Source: an uncultured Henriciella sp. (lineage in GTDB: Bacteria; Pseudomonadota; Alphaproteobacteria; Caulobacterales; Hyphomonadaceae). Taken from it: 41,361 bases of DNA. This document shows, one piece after another, positions 29,835 through 38,366 of this stretch. Location of the stretch: positions 1-41,361 of the forward strand of contig CBDUKI010000001.1 of assembly GCA_965367765.1 (NCBI GenBank), given 5' to 3'. The notes below the pieces were generated by a model. The model saw only the letters and a list, made by a program, of their open reading frames with translations, was not told where the DNA came from and did not search any database. The translations under genes and the position numbers were made by a program. The stretch's first letter is position 1. Each line of letters opens with the position of its first letter.

Positions 29835-30167
29835 ATGGGTAACGATATGCAAGTAGCGGCTTTCAGCTTGGATTTGGGACCCTACAAGACGCTTTGGGTG
29901 CGTCTTGTGGACGAGACCAAGCACGCCAAGAATGATTTCATGTACTGGGTTCAGCACCTCTCTTTTGAAGAGCGTTTGCTGGGCCTCTGCCTGTTTGTGT
30001 TCGTCTTGATGATGTTGATGTTCAATTACTCCCGGCGTGACCGCGACCCGGGCAGTAACAAGCGCCAACTCTCAGGGGCGGTCGTGCTGGTCGTCCTGTT
30101 TGCAATCGGCTCCACCTGGATTCTTGATTCTGGCAGCGGCCGCTTGTCAGGCCTGTTTGACCGCTAG
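29835..30167 (+). CDS. Small hypothetical membrane protein (two TM helices)
   Basis: Two hydrophobic stretches (LLGLCLFVFVLMMLMF; AVVLVVLFAIGSTWIL). Fills the gap before uvrC. Start 29835 or 29847. Confidence 0.65.
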   Translation: MGNDMQVAAFSLDLGPYKTLWVRLVDETKHAKNDFMYWVQHLSFEERLLGLCLFVFVLMMLMFNYSRRDRDPGSNKRQLSGAVVLVVLFAIGSTWILDSGSGRLSGLFDR

Positions 30168-30199
30168 CCCTTGGGCCTGGTTCACCCTAGATTGGGTGG

Positions 30200-32074
30200 A
30201 TGCCTGACTCGCCCGAAACCTCATCTCGTCCCCGTGGGATTGATGTTATCAAGGACAATTTGTCCCGGCTGCCGGCCAAGCCCGGCGTGTACCGCATGTT
30301 CGGTGAGAACGATGCCGTGCTGTATGTCGGTAAGGCCAAGAACCTGAAGGCGCGGGTTTCCAGCTATTCGCGTCTTGGCGGGCATACCCAGCGGATTGCC
30401 ACGATGATCATGCTGACCGCACGTATGGAATTCGTGGTTACCGAGACAGAGACAGAGGCATTGTTGCTTGAAGCGTCGCTGATCAAGTCGCTCAAGCCAC
30501 GCTTCAACATCCTGCTGCGCGATGACAAATCCTTCCCCTATATCCTGATCCGCCGCGATCATGAGGCCCCGCAAATCCTCAAGTATCGTGGCACGAAACA
30601 GGACCGGGGTGACTATTTTGGCCCGTTTGCCAGTGCCGGGGCCGTCATGCGCACGCTCGACACATTGCAGAAGGCCTTCCTTTTGCGAACCTGTGAAGAC
30701 AGCGTTTATTCGGCCCGCCAGCGCCCCTGCATGCTGCACCAGATCAAGCGCTGTGCAGCCCCCTGTGTCGGCCTGGTCTCAATCGAGGATTATCAGCAAC
30801 TGGCTGATCAGGCGGCAGACTTCTTGCGGGGCAAGGCCACAGACCTGCACAGGCGGCTTGGCGAGGAGATGGAGCAGGCCGCCGCGGGCATGGAATTCGA
30901 GCGCGCCGCGGCCCTGCGCGACCGCATTCGTGCCCTGGCAACTGTGCGGGCCCAGCAGGACATCAATGCCGAAGGCATCGAGGAAGCCGATATTTTTGCG
31001 GTCGCCATGGAAGGCGGACAATCGGCGGTGCAGGTCTTCTTCATCCGGGCCGGTCAGAACTGGGGCGCGAGCATTCATTTCCCGCGCCATGAGAAGGGCG
31101 AGAGCGAACGCGAGATCCTCGCCGCCTTCCTGGTTCAGTTCTATGACAAGCGCCCGCCGCCGCGCCTGATCCTGACCAATGAAATGCCAGACCAGGCCGG
31201 GCTGATCGCTGACGCACTGGAAATGAAGATCGCGCGCAAGATCGAAATTCGGGTCCCACAGCGCGGGGACAAGCGCGGTCTTGTCGAGCAGGCCGCCCGC
31301 AGTGCCTCCGAGGCCTTGTCCAGAAAGCTGGCTGAAACCGCCAGCCAGGCCCGCCTGCTCAAAGAGACCGCCAAGGTCTTTGACCTGCCCGATCCACCAC
31401 AACGCATCGAGATTTACGACAACTCGCATATTCAGGGCACGAATATGGTTGGCGGCATGGTCGTGGCCGGGCCGGAAGGCTTCGAGAAGGCGCAGTACCG
31501 CAAGTTCAATATCAAGGATTCCAACCTGGAGCCGGGGGATGATTACGGCATGATGCATGAAGTCATGCGCCGTCGCTTCGCACGCGCCCTGAAGGATCGC
31601 GACGCAGGAAAAGCGGACACCTGGCCGGACCTCGTGCTGATTGATGGTGGCCTTGGCCAGCTCAATGCGGTGATCGAGGCGATCGGTGAGATCGGTCTGT
31701 CACCGATGGACGTGAACCTGGTTTCGATTGCCAAGGGGGTCGACCGCAATGCCGGACGAGAGCAATTCTTCCAGCCCGGCAAGGCTCCGTTTCGGCTCCC
31801 GGAAAATGCACCGGTTCTATACTATTTGCAGCGCCTGCGTGACGAAGCCCACCGCTGGGCTATTGGTGCCCACCGCGCCCGGCGTTCGGCCGATATTCGC
31901 AAGAACCCGCTTGATGAGATCGGGGGCATCGGCCCGGCCCGCAAGAAAGCGCTGTTGCAGTATTTCGGTTCAGCCAAGGCCGTCGCACAGGCCAAGGTAT
32001 CCGACCTGTGTGAGGTTGAAGGCGTCAGCGAAGCCATGGCCGAACGCATCTACGGCCATTTCCATTCTGGCTAA
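30200..32074 (+). CDS. uvrC: Excinuclease ABC subunit C
   Basis: GIY-YIG (PGVYRM...LYVGKAKNL), Cys cluster, UVR domain (FERAAALRD), RNase H-like (YDNSH, DDY, DGG, RDEAHR), C-terminal HhH. Confidence 0.97.
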   Translation: MPDSPETSSRPRGIDVIKDNLSRLPAKPGVYRMFGENDAVLYVGKAKNLKARVSSYSRLGGHTQRIATMIMLTARMEFVVTETETEALLLEASLIKSLKPRFNILLRDDKSFPYILIRRDHEAPQILKYRGTKQDRGDYFGPFASAGAVMRTLDTLQKAFLLRTCEDSVYSARQRPCMLHQIKRCAAPCVGLVSIEDYQQLADQAADFLRGKATDLHRRLGEEMEQAAAGMEFERAAALRDRIRALATVRAQQDINAEGIEEADIFAVAMEGGQSAVQVFFIRAGQNWGASIHFPRHEKGESEREILAAFLVQFYDKRPPPRLILTNEMPDQAGLIADALEMKIARKIEIRVPQRGDKRGLVEQAARSASEALSRKLAETASQARLLKETAKVFDLPDPPQRIEIYDNSHIQGTNMVGGMVVAGPEGFEKAQYRKFNIKDSNLEPGDDYGMMHEVMRRRFARALKDRDAGKADTWPDLVLIDGGLGQLNAVIEAIGEIGLSPMDVNLVSIAKGVDRNAGREQFFQPGKAPFRLPENAPVLYYLQRLRDEAHRWAIGAHRARRSADIRKNPLDEIGGIGPARKKALLQYFGSAKAVAQAKVSDLCEVEGVSEAMAERIYGHFHSG

Positions 32075-32919
32075 TAGGTTGGCGTCCGGTCGCGAATGCG
32101 ATCATAGGCGGCTTTCAACCGGGCAAACCGGTCCTCGATCATTGGCTCGAATTCCAGATCGGTGAGAATATAGTCCCAATTCTCTTCGATCCCTTCGCGC
32201 ACCAGTTCGCCGACATAGTTGGGGTCAATCCCGGTCTGGACACGCTCGCGGAAGGCATTGCCTTCTTCGGTCTGGTCGTCCCGGTCGGCCCAGAGCAGGT
32301 CTGCCTTGCCATATCGGTCCGGCATGTTGCGCCCGGAATCGATGATTTGCGTGCGGATGATGCCGGGGCATAGGACCGAGACCCCGATATTACGTGGCTC
32401 CAGCTCTGCGCGTAGGCCTTCTGAAAGGGCGACGACGCCGTACTTGGACACGAAATAAGGCGCGCTATTGGCCGCCCACAATCCGGCGACGGAGGCGGTG
32501 TTGACGATCTGGCCCCCCTCACCATGCGCTTCGATCAGTGGGCCGAAAATCTCGATGCCATAGACCACGCCCATAACATTGACATCCATCGTCCAGTTCC
32601 AGCCGGCCTGGGTCCAGTTGTCATAGCTCTCGCCGCCGCCAACACCGGCATTGTTGACCAGGATATGCACCTTGCCGAAACGCTCCAGCGTTGCTTCGGC
32701 AGCCTGTTTCAGCTGGTCCTTCAGCGACACATCGGCGAGGACGCCATCGACGTCAGCATTGGTCTGGCGCAGGTCAGCCAGCGCCTTGTCCAGCGCCGCC
32801 TGTTCGATGTCGCAAAGCATGACCTTCACCCCGGCCTGGCTCAACGCGCGGGCAATGGCCAGGCCAATCCCCGAGGCGGCCCCGGTGACGAATGCAGTTT
32901 TGCCTTCCAGATCTTTCAT
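32071..32919 (-). CDS. Short-chain dehydrogenase/reductase
   Basis: VTGAASGIG, NNAGV, NTAS, YFVSK, LCPG. SD GAGG before ATG 32919. Confidence 0.92.
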   Translation of the reverse strand: MKDLEGKTAFVTGAASGIGLAIARALSQAGVKVMLCDIEQAALDKALADLRQTNADVDGVLADVSLKDQLKQAAEATLERFGKVHILVNNAGVGGGESYDNWTQAGWNWTMDVNVMGVVYGIEIFGPLIEAHGEGGQIVNTASVAGLWAANSAPYFVSKYGVVALSEGLRAELEPRNIGVSVLCPGIIRTQIIDSGRNMPDRYGKADLLWADRDDQTEEGNAFRERVQTGIDPNYVGELVREGIEENWDYILTDLEFEPMIEDRFARLKAAYDRIRDRTPTY

Positions 32920-33001
32920 GATGTTTCCTCTGTCCTGTCTTTTTATCCAAGCTGGATGGGTTGGCGTCGGGACAGTCCAGAGGGGGCGGACAAAATTTTT
33001 C

Positions 33002-33574
33002 TCAGCGATTGGCGCCTGGCACCCATTTGATGTCCTGCATGCCATTCTCATTGGCCGCGCGCGCCGCAACGAACAACCAGTCCGACAGGCGGTTGGCATA
33101 GGCCAGTGCTTCGGCGCTGACTGTTTCGTTCTCGGTGGCCATCAATTCAGCAATCATCCGTTCGGCCCGCCGCGTCAGGGTTCGCGCGACATGCAGGTGC
33201 GCCGACAGTGCAGATCCGCCGGGCAGGACGAAACTGTCCAGCGGAGCGATATTGGCATTCATTGCGTCAATCTCGCGCTCCAGCCGCTCGACCTGCGCGG
33301 CCACGATGCGCAGCGGTTCCCACTCGAGTTTGCGGCCTGTGTCCGGCGTCGCGAGGTCTGCGCCAAGGTCAAACAGGTCGTTCTGGATACGGCGCAGGGC
33401 GACAAGCATGTCACCTTCGGCATCAAGCGCAGCCACACCCAGTGCGGCATTGACCTCATCCACGGTGCCATAGGCCGCCACGCGGATGTGCCACTTGTCG
33501 ACAGGCTGGCCAGTCGAGAGGCGGGTCTTCCCGCTATCTCCGGCGCGCGTATAGATCTTGTCGAGCTTGACCAT
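33002..33574 (-). CDS. ATP:cob(I)alamin adenosyltransferase, PduO type
   Basis: KIYTRAGDSGKT, YGTVDEVN, IQNDLFDLGADLA, FVLPGG, ARTLTRRAER, NRLSDWLF. Confidence 0.93.
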   Translation of the reverse strand: MVKLDKIYTRAGDSGKTRLSTGQPVDKWHIRVAAYGTVDEVNAALGVAALDAEGDMLVALRRIQNDLFDLGADLATPDTGRKLEWEPLRIVAAQVERLEREIDAMNANIAPLDSFVLPGGSALSAHLHVARTLTRRAERMIAELMATENETVSAEALAYANRLSDWLFVAARAANENGMQDIKWVPGANR

Positions 33575-33592
33575 GTTTGTGGTCTCCTGCGT

Positions 33593-33802
33593 CTAGAACA
33601 GCTTTATCGAACCGTAGACGATGCCCATCAGGATCAGGATGACGATGACGATGGCCTGGGCGATCACCCGCATCCGCATCAGCTTGTTGGAGCGGCTGGC
33701 CTGGTTCGCATCGGTTCGGGTCAGGTTGAACAGGCCGAAACCGAGCACAACCATAAGCCCGGCAAAAGCGAGGTAGAAGGCGATTTGCAGGAAGGTGGCC
33801 AT
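33593..33802 (-). CDS. Twin-transmembrane small protein (HIG1-like)
   Basis: Two TM helices with SNKLMRMRVIAQ motif, directly upstream of the PduO-type gene. Confidence 0.85.
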   Translation of the reverse strand: MATFLQIAFYLAFAGLMVVLGFGLFNLTRTDANQASRSNKLMRMRVIAQAIVIVILILMGIVYGSIKLF

Positions 33803-33885
33803 GATCCAGGGCCCTTTCGTTTCAAACTTGACTCTCGTCTAGGCCGGCAGGCGCCAATTGCCCATGGGGCAGGGGGCCGCGCCTA

Positions 33886-34542
33886 TCAGTATTCGTAAAC
33901 GGTCATCCGGTCGAGCTTGATCGTATAGGCCGCATCCGCCAGGTCGGATGTTTGAACCTGCGTATGCAGCGTGCCTTCAATCCAGACGGCCTGGGCAAGA
34001 TCCTTCAGCTTGATCGGCTCATCGGTCGTCACGAAGATGGTCTGGTTCGGCGGCGGCGGCGGGGCGTGCAGGCAGGCACCGTAATAGGGGACCAGCAGGA
34101 ATTCAGTGATTTCCGCGTCGGCGCCGAAATCAAACGGCACCGTATAGCCGGGAATGCGCACTTTCAGGTCATTCAGCTCTGGCACGATGTTGAACGTGCC
34201 GATCTGGATCATCTGGTCGGCGGCGGAGCCTTCAGACACAGGTGCACCGGAATACAGCATGGCCATCTGTTCCTGGTAAAGCTGGGCGAGGCGTTCTTCC
34301 TCGCCGTCCGGCATGAGCTCTTCCCAGCCAAGGTCTCTTAGGCCGCGACTGGTCGCCTCCTCGGCTTCGGCACCGGCTGTCGCCAGCCGGTTGGACGTTT
34401 CAAGGTCCTGAACCGGAGCCGGTTCGGAAATGGTTTCAGCAGGGGCTGCCTCGGCGGCGGCACTGGCACCTTCGACCGCCTCATTGCCGCAAGCGGCCAG
34501 GATGATCACGGCAAGGGCGGGGAAAGCGATATGTATTTTCAT
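33886..34542 (-). CDS. DUF3299 family lipoprotein (ZrgD/PA4066-like)
   Basis: Lipobox ILAAC, WEELMP, VRIPGY.VP, EFLLVPYYGACLHAPPPPPNQ. Confidence 0.85.
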   Translation of the reverse strand: MKIHIAFPALAVIILAACGNEAVEGASAAAEAAPAETISEPAPVQDLETSNRLATAGAEAEEATSRGLRDLGWEELMPDGEEERLAQLYQEQMAMLYSGAPVSEGSAADQMIQIGTFNIVPELNDLKVRIPGYTVPFDFGADAEITEFLLVPYYGACLHAPPPPPNQTIFVTTDEPIKLKDLAQAVWIEGTLHTQVQTSDLADAAYTIKLDRMTVYEY

Positions 34543-34596
34543 GCAGTTTACCTAAAGTCGAAGCGCTTCGATTTCCATATCCGATCTGTGATCGGG

Positions 34597-35871
34597 TCAG
34601 GTTTTCACAGTCAGGCCATCGGCGAGTGAACGTTGCAGGGCCGTGATGGCTGGCCACAGCCCTAGCACAAGGGCTGCCAGCGTCACCGCGATGATGGTCC
34701 ACAGGTCCGTCAGGCCCGGTGCGGTGCCAATCAGGGCAATCCCGTAGCTGGAAGACAGGATAGGTGCGGCAATCGCGAAAATCAGCTGGATCAGCCCGGC
34801 GCCGAGCAGCGCACCGACAAGACCCAGTCCAGCCGCCTCGCTCATCATCAGGCCGACAATATGGCCGGGCTGGGCCCCAACCGCCCGCAGCACCGACATT
34901 TCGCGCCGCCGCTCATTCAAACTGGTCAGGATGCTGGTCAGGATCGAGACCAGACCTACGGCAATCACGAAGGCCGAAACCGCCAGCAAGATGCGCTCGA
35001 CCGAGCCGATCACCTGCCAGAGCTGGCGCAGCGCCTCGCCGGGCATGATCGCGAGCAGTGGGCGCGACCGGTCCGTATTGATCTCGCGCATCGTGCGAAG
35101 GACAGTGCCCTTGTTCTTCAAACCGACAAAGGCTGCAGTGATCGTGTGCGGCGTGAGGTCGAAACTGCGGATCATGTGTTCGTCAATCGTATCGGCCAGC
35201 GGGCTTTTCGTGCCGCTTTCCCAACCGACATGGATGGCGGTCATGCCTTCCAGCGGAATATGGATGGTGCGATCCACCGGTGTGCCGGTTGGGGCAAGGA
35301 TGCCGACGACATGGAAGTGTTTGTCATCATGATCGCTCAGGCCATGGGCCTCACCCAGGCCATGGGTCAGCTCGAACTCGTCACCAACGGAATAACCAAG
35401 CTCGCGCGCCACGCTGGCCCCCAGCACCGCGTCATACATATCGTCGAAGGCCTCGCCTTGCCGGAAGCTCAGCGCGGTTGAGGGGCCATACTGATAATGG
35501 TCGAAATAGGCCTGATTGGTGCCAAGCACGCGATAGCCGCGATGATTGTCGCCAAGTGAAATCGGGATGGTCCAACTGACATCGTCTCGCGCCGCCAGGG
35601 CTTCATAGGCGTCCCAGTTCATCTCGGCGGTGGCATTGCCAATCCTGAACACAGAATAGAGCAGGAGGTTGACCTGCCCGGTCGGTGCGCCGACGATCAG
35701 GTGCGTGCCGGAAATGGTGTTTTCGAAACCGGCCCGCGCCGACTTTCGGGCTTTCTCAACGCCCAGGAACAGGGTCACGGACAGGGCGATGGCGAGAATG
35801 GTCAGCATGGCCGAGGCGCGCCGGTTCCAGACGCTGCGCCAGGCGAGGGAAAGAATTGAGCCACCCATCAC
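34597..35871 (-). CDS. ABC transporter permease, MacB/FtsX-like (ZrgC/PA4065-like)
   Basis: LAWRSVWNRR, LLLYSVFRIGNAT, PISLGDNHRGYRVLGT, His-rich insert THGLGEAHGLSDHDDKHFH, LNERRREM.VLRAVGA. Confidence 0.88.
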   Translation of the reverse strand: MMGGSILSLAWRSVWNRRASAMLTILAIALSVTLFLGVEKARKSARAGFENTISGTHLIVGAPTGQVNLLLYSVFRIGNATAEMNWDAYEALAARDDVSWTIPISLGDNHRGYRVLGTNQAYFDHYQYGPSTALSFRQGEAFDDMYDAVLGASVARELGYSVGDEFELTHGLGEAHGLSDHDDKHFHVVGILAPTGTPVDRTIHIPLEGMTAIHVGWESGTKSPLADTIDEHMIRSFDLTPHTITAAFVGLKNKGTVLRTMREINTDRSRPLLAIMPGEALRQLWQVIGSVERILLAVSAFVIAVGLVSILTSILTSLNERRREMSVLRAVGAQPGHIVGLMMSEAAGLGLVGALLGAGLIQLIFAIAAPILSSSYGIALIGTAPGLTDLWTIIAVTLAALVLGLWPAITALQRSLADGLTVKT

Positions 35872-36626
35872 GCCACCTCCTTGGCTGCTGCCGCCAGGTT
35901 GATTTCCATCAGGTCAATCGTGCGGTCGAACGGGCCTGACAGGCCTGCATCGTGGCTGACAAACAGAACCGCGGCACCGCTGGCGCGGGCTTCCTCGTTC
36001 AGCAGGTCGATGAACTGGTTGCGGGTATCGGTATCCAGGGCCGAGGTTGGCTCATCGGCAATGATCAGGTTCGGTCCACCGATCAGGGCACGGGCTGCCG
36101 CGACCCGTTGCTGCTGGCCAACTGACAGGTCGGTGACCTTACGCGCCAGCAGGTCTTCGCTTTGCAGGCCAAGCCGTTTCAGCAGGCGGCGCGCCTCGTG
36201 GTCGATCCCGCCAGCCCGGGCGACATTGCCTCGCCGGCGTACAGAGAACTGGCAGGGCAGGGCGACATTCTGCAAGACAGACAGGTAGGGCACCAGGTTG
36301 AACATCTGGAAGATGACACCCAGGTGGTCGGCGCGCAGCCGGTCGCGCTGGCGACCGCTCATCATCGTCAGGTCATGACCCAGGACGTCAATCCGCCCGG
36401 CCTGGGGCTGCAGCACGCCGGCAATCAGGCCAAGCAGGGTCGATTTACCTGACCCGCTCGGCCCGCGCAGGAAGACATGCTCATCAGCCTCAATGGAAAA
36501 CTTTTTTATATCAAGTAATTGCGGCCCGTTCGGCCAGGCGAATCCAATGTCGGTCAGATTCGCGATCTGTGGTGTCTTGTTGGTCAATTCTATTCGGCCC
36601 GTCGCTGCAATTTCATTCTGGATCAT
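35868..36626 (-). CDS. ABC transporter ATP-binding protein (ZrgB/PA4064-like)
   Basis: Walker A GPSGSGKS, Q-loop IFQMFNL, signature LSVGQQQRV, Walker B IIADEPT, VSHD. Start uncertain (ATG 36626 or TTG 36587). Stop overlaps the permease start. Confidence 0.9.
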   Translation of the reverse strand: MIQNEIAATGRIELTNKTPQIANLTDIGFAWPNGPQLLDIKKFSIEADEHVFLRGPSGSGKSTLLGLIAGVLQPQAGRIDVLGHDLTMMSGRQRDRLRADHLGVIFQMFNLVPYLSVLQNVALPCQFSVRRRGNVARAGGIDHEARRLLKRLGLQSEDLLARKVTDLSVGQQQRVAAARALIGGPNLIIADEPTSALDTDTRNQFIDLLNEEARASGAAVLFVSHDAGLSGPFDRTIDLMEINLAAAAKEVA

Positions 36627-36705
36627 CGCTTTGCCTGTTGCGCAGATAAAAGCATCTTTCGTTTGACATGAAAGCCCTTGATGCATACATCGCGAGTCCG
36701 ATTTT

Positions 36706-36723
36706 GAGACTTTATAACATTCC
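36706..36723. promoter_or_regulatory. Zur-like box
   Basis: GAGACTTTATAACATTCC. The right part TATAACATTCC matches the Zur half-site TATAACATTTC at 10/11. Lies between two divergent metal-transport units. Confidence 0.5.
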
Positions 36724-36770
36724 GCGCAGCCGTACATGCGCCAATCGACCACAGAGGACACTCGGACGCG

Positions 36771-37562
36771 ATGCTGGAAAATCTCCAAGCCCCGCTCTTC
36801 TTCGGCCTGACCGCTGCTTTTGTCACGACGATTGGCTTGCTCGCAGTGTCTCTGCGCAGCGACTGGAGCCAGCGCAATGCTAACCTGTTTGGCCTTGCCG
36901 CGGCTGGCATGCTGGTCACCATGGCTTTCCTGCACATCCTGCCCAAGGCCTTTTCACTGTCACCGCAGGCATCATTGTGGTTAACCGCTGGCTTCTTCGG
37001 TGGGTTGGTCCTGTCTTATGTTGTTCAAACCCTGTTCCCGGATCATCCCAACTCGACTTTGCCCAGTGAAGCGGTGACGCCAATCATCGCGATTGGCATA
37101 CACTCCTTCATTGATGGTGTGGTCTATGCCGTCACTTTCGCGGTGAGTTTCGAATCTGGTGTCTATGCGGCGCTCGGCTTGATCCTGCATGAATTCCCCG
37201 AGGGCGTGATTGCCTTTGCCATCTTGCGCCGCCACGGTGTGACAAATCGCAATGCCTTCATCTGGGCCTTCCTGGCGGCAGCAGCGACAACGCCGCTCGG
37301 CATCATCGTGTCTGGCCCCTTCATGTATGGGCTTGGCGAAGCCGCATTGGGGAGCCTGTTTGGCCTGTCGGTCGGCCTTATTCTCTATGTTGCCACTGGC
37401 CCACTCATGGCCCCGCTCAAGGAGATGCCGACCGGGCGCGGCCTGCTTGCCATTGGATCCGGCATGATTGTCGCGATGCTTTTGACAAATCTGCCACTGC
37501 CGGGCATCGAACATGATCATGGCCCGTTTGAACAACCCCATTTCGTGACTGACCAGGAGTGA
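36771..37562 (+). CDS. ZIP family divalent metal transporter
   Basis: About 8 TM segments. Metal-site motifs IHSFIDG and LHEFPEG. C-terminal EHDH...H tail. Confidence 0.9.
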   Translation: MLENLQAPLFFGLTAAFVTTIGLLAVSLRSDWSQRNANLFGLAAAGMLVTMAFLHILPKAFSLSPQASLWLTAGFFGGLVLSYVVQTLFPDHPNSTLPSEAVTPIIAIGIHSFIDGVVYAVTFAVSFESGVYAALGLILHEFPEGVIAFAILRRHGVTNRNAFIWAFLAAAATTPLGIIVSGPFMYGLGEAALGSLFGLSVGLILYVATGPLMAPLKEMPTGRGLLAIGSGMIVAMLLTNLPLPGIEHDHGPFEQPHFVTDQE

Positions 37563-38347
37563 TGCACGTCCTTCGCCTGATCATTGTTACCGCCTGCCTC
37601 GCTGTGGCCAGTCTGGTACTTGCCAGCTCTGTCGCCATGGCCCACCCGGCGGATGAGTTGTGCGGCGCCGATGGCGGCATGGATCCGGCCTTGTGCCGGG
37701 CCTTGCAAGAGATGGATCGCGCTGACAGTGTCCCGGACACCGACGCCCCGGAAAGCGTCGATGAGTTTGACCGCCCTGCCCTGCAGACCTTCGGGCTGTA
37801 TGTGAAGATCGGCACCGGTCACATCCTTCCGGGCGGGCTGGATCACATCCTGTTCGTCCTGGCCCTGTTCCTGTCGACCCGGCGCCTGCGCCCGCTTCTC
37901 CTGCAGATATCAGCCTTCACCGCCGCGCACACCCTGACCCTCGGCCTGGTCGCAGCGGGTGTCATCGCCCCACCAGCAGGCATTGTCGAACCCCTGATTG
38001 CGGCCACCATCGCCTTCGTTGCGATCGAGAACATGCTGGTGCGAAAGATGACGCTGTGGCGGCCATTTATCGTGCTGGCCTTCGGGCTGGTGCATGGGAT
38101 GGGCTTTGCTGGGTATTTCGGTACGCTTGGCCTGCCATCTGGCCAGTTCTGGAGTGCCCTGATTGGCTTCAATGTCGGGGTGGAAGTCGGTCAATTGTCC
38201 GTGCTGTTGGCCGCTGCGCTGCTGGCCTGGCCGCTGCGCCACCGGGTCAGCGATGCGCTCTACCGCCGGGCGATTGTCTGGCCGTTAAGCGGGGCGATTG
38301 GACTAACAGGTCTGGTCTGGACCGTGCAGCGCATTCTGGCTGGTTAA
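37559..38347 (+). CDS. HupE/UreJ family membrane protein
   Basis: Signal peptide ending AMA|H, GHIL.GGLDHILF, FTAAHTLTL, VEPLIAATI, FGLVHGMGFA, FNVGVEVGQ. GTG start overlaps the ZIP stop. Confidence 0.88.
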   Translation: MMHVLRLIIVTACLAVASLVLASSVAMAHPADELCGADGGMDPALCRALQEMDRADSVPDTDAPESVDEFDRPALQTFGLYVKIGTGHILPGGLDHILFVLALFLSTRRLRPLLLQISAFTAAHTLTLGLVAAGVIAPPAGIVEPLIAATIAFVAIENMLVRKMTLWRPFIVLAFGLVHGMGFAGYFGTLGLPSGQFWSALIGFNVGVEVGQLSVLLAAALLAWPLRHRVSDALYRRAIVWPLSGAIGLTGLVWTVQRILAG

Positions 38348-38366
38348 TGGCATAGGTTTTGCTGAA

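Noticed and set aside
33575-33885. Cobalamin riboswitch near the PduO-type gene
   Set aside because: Spacers are too short (18 and 83 bp) and lack B12-box motifs.
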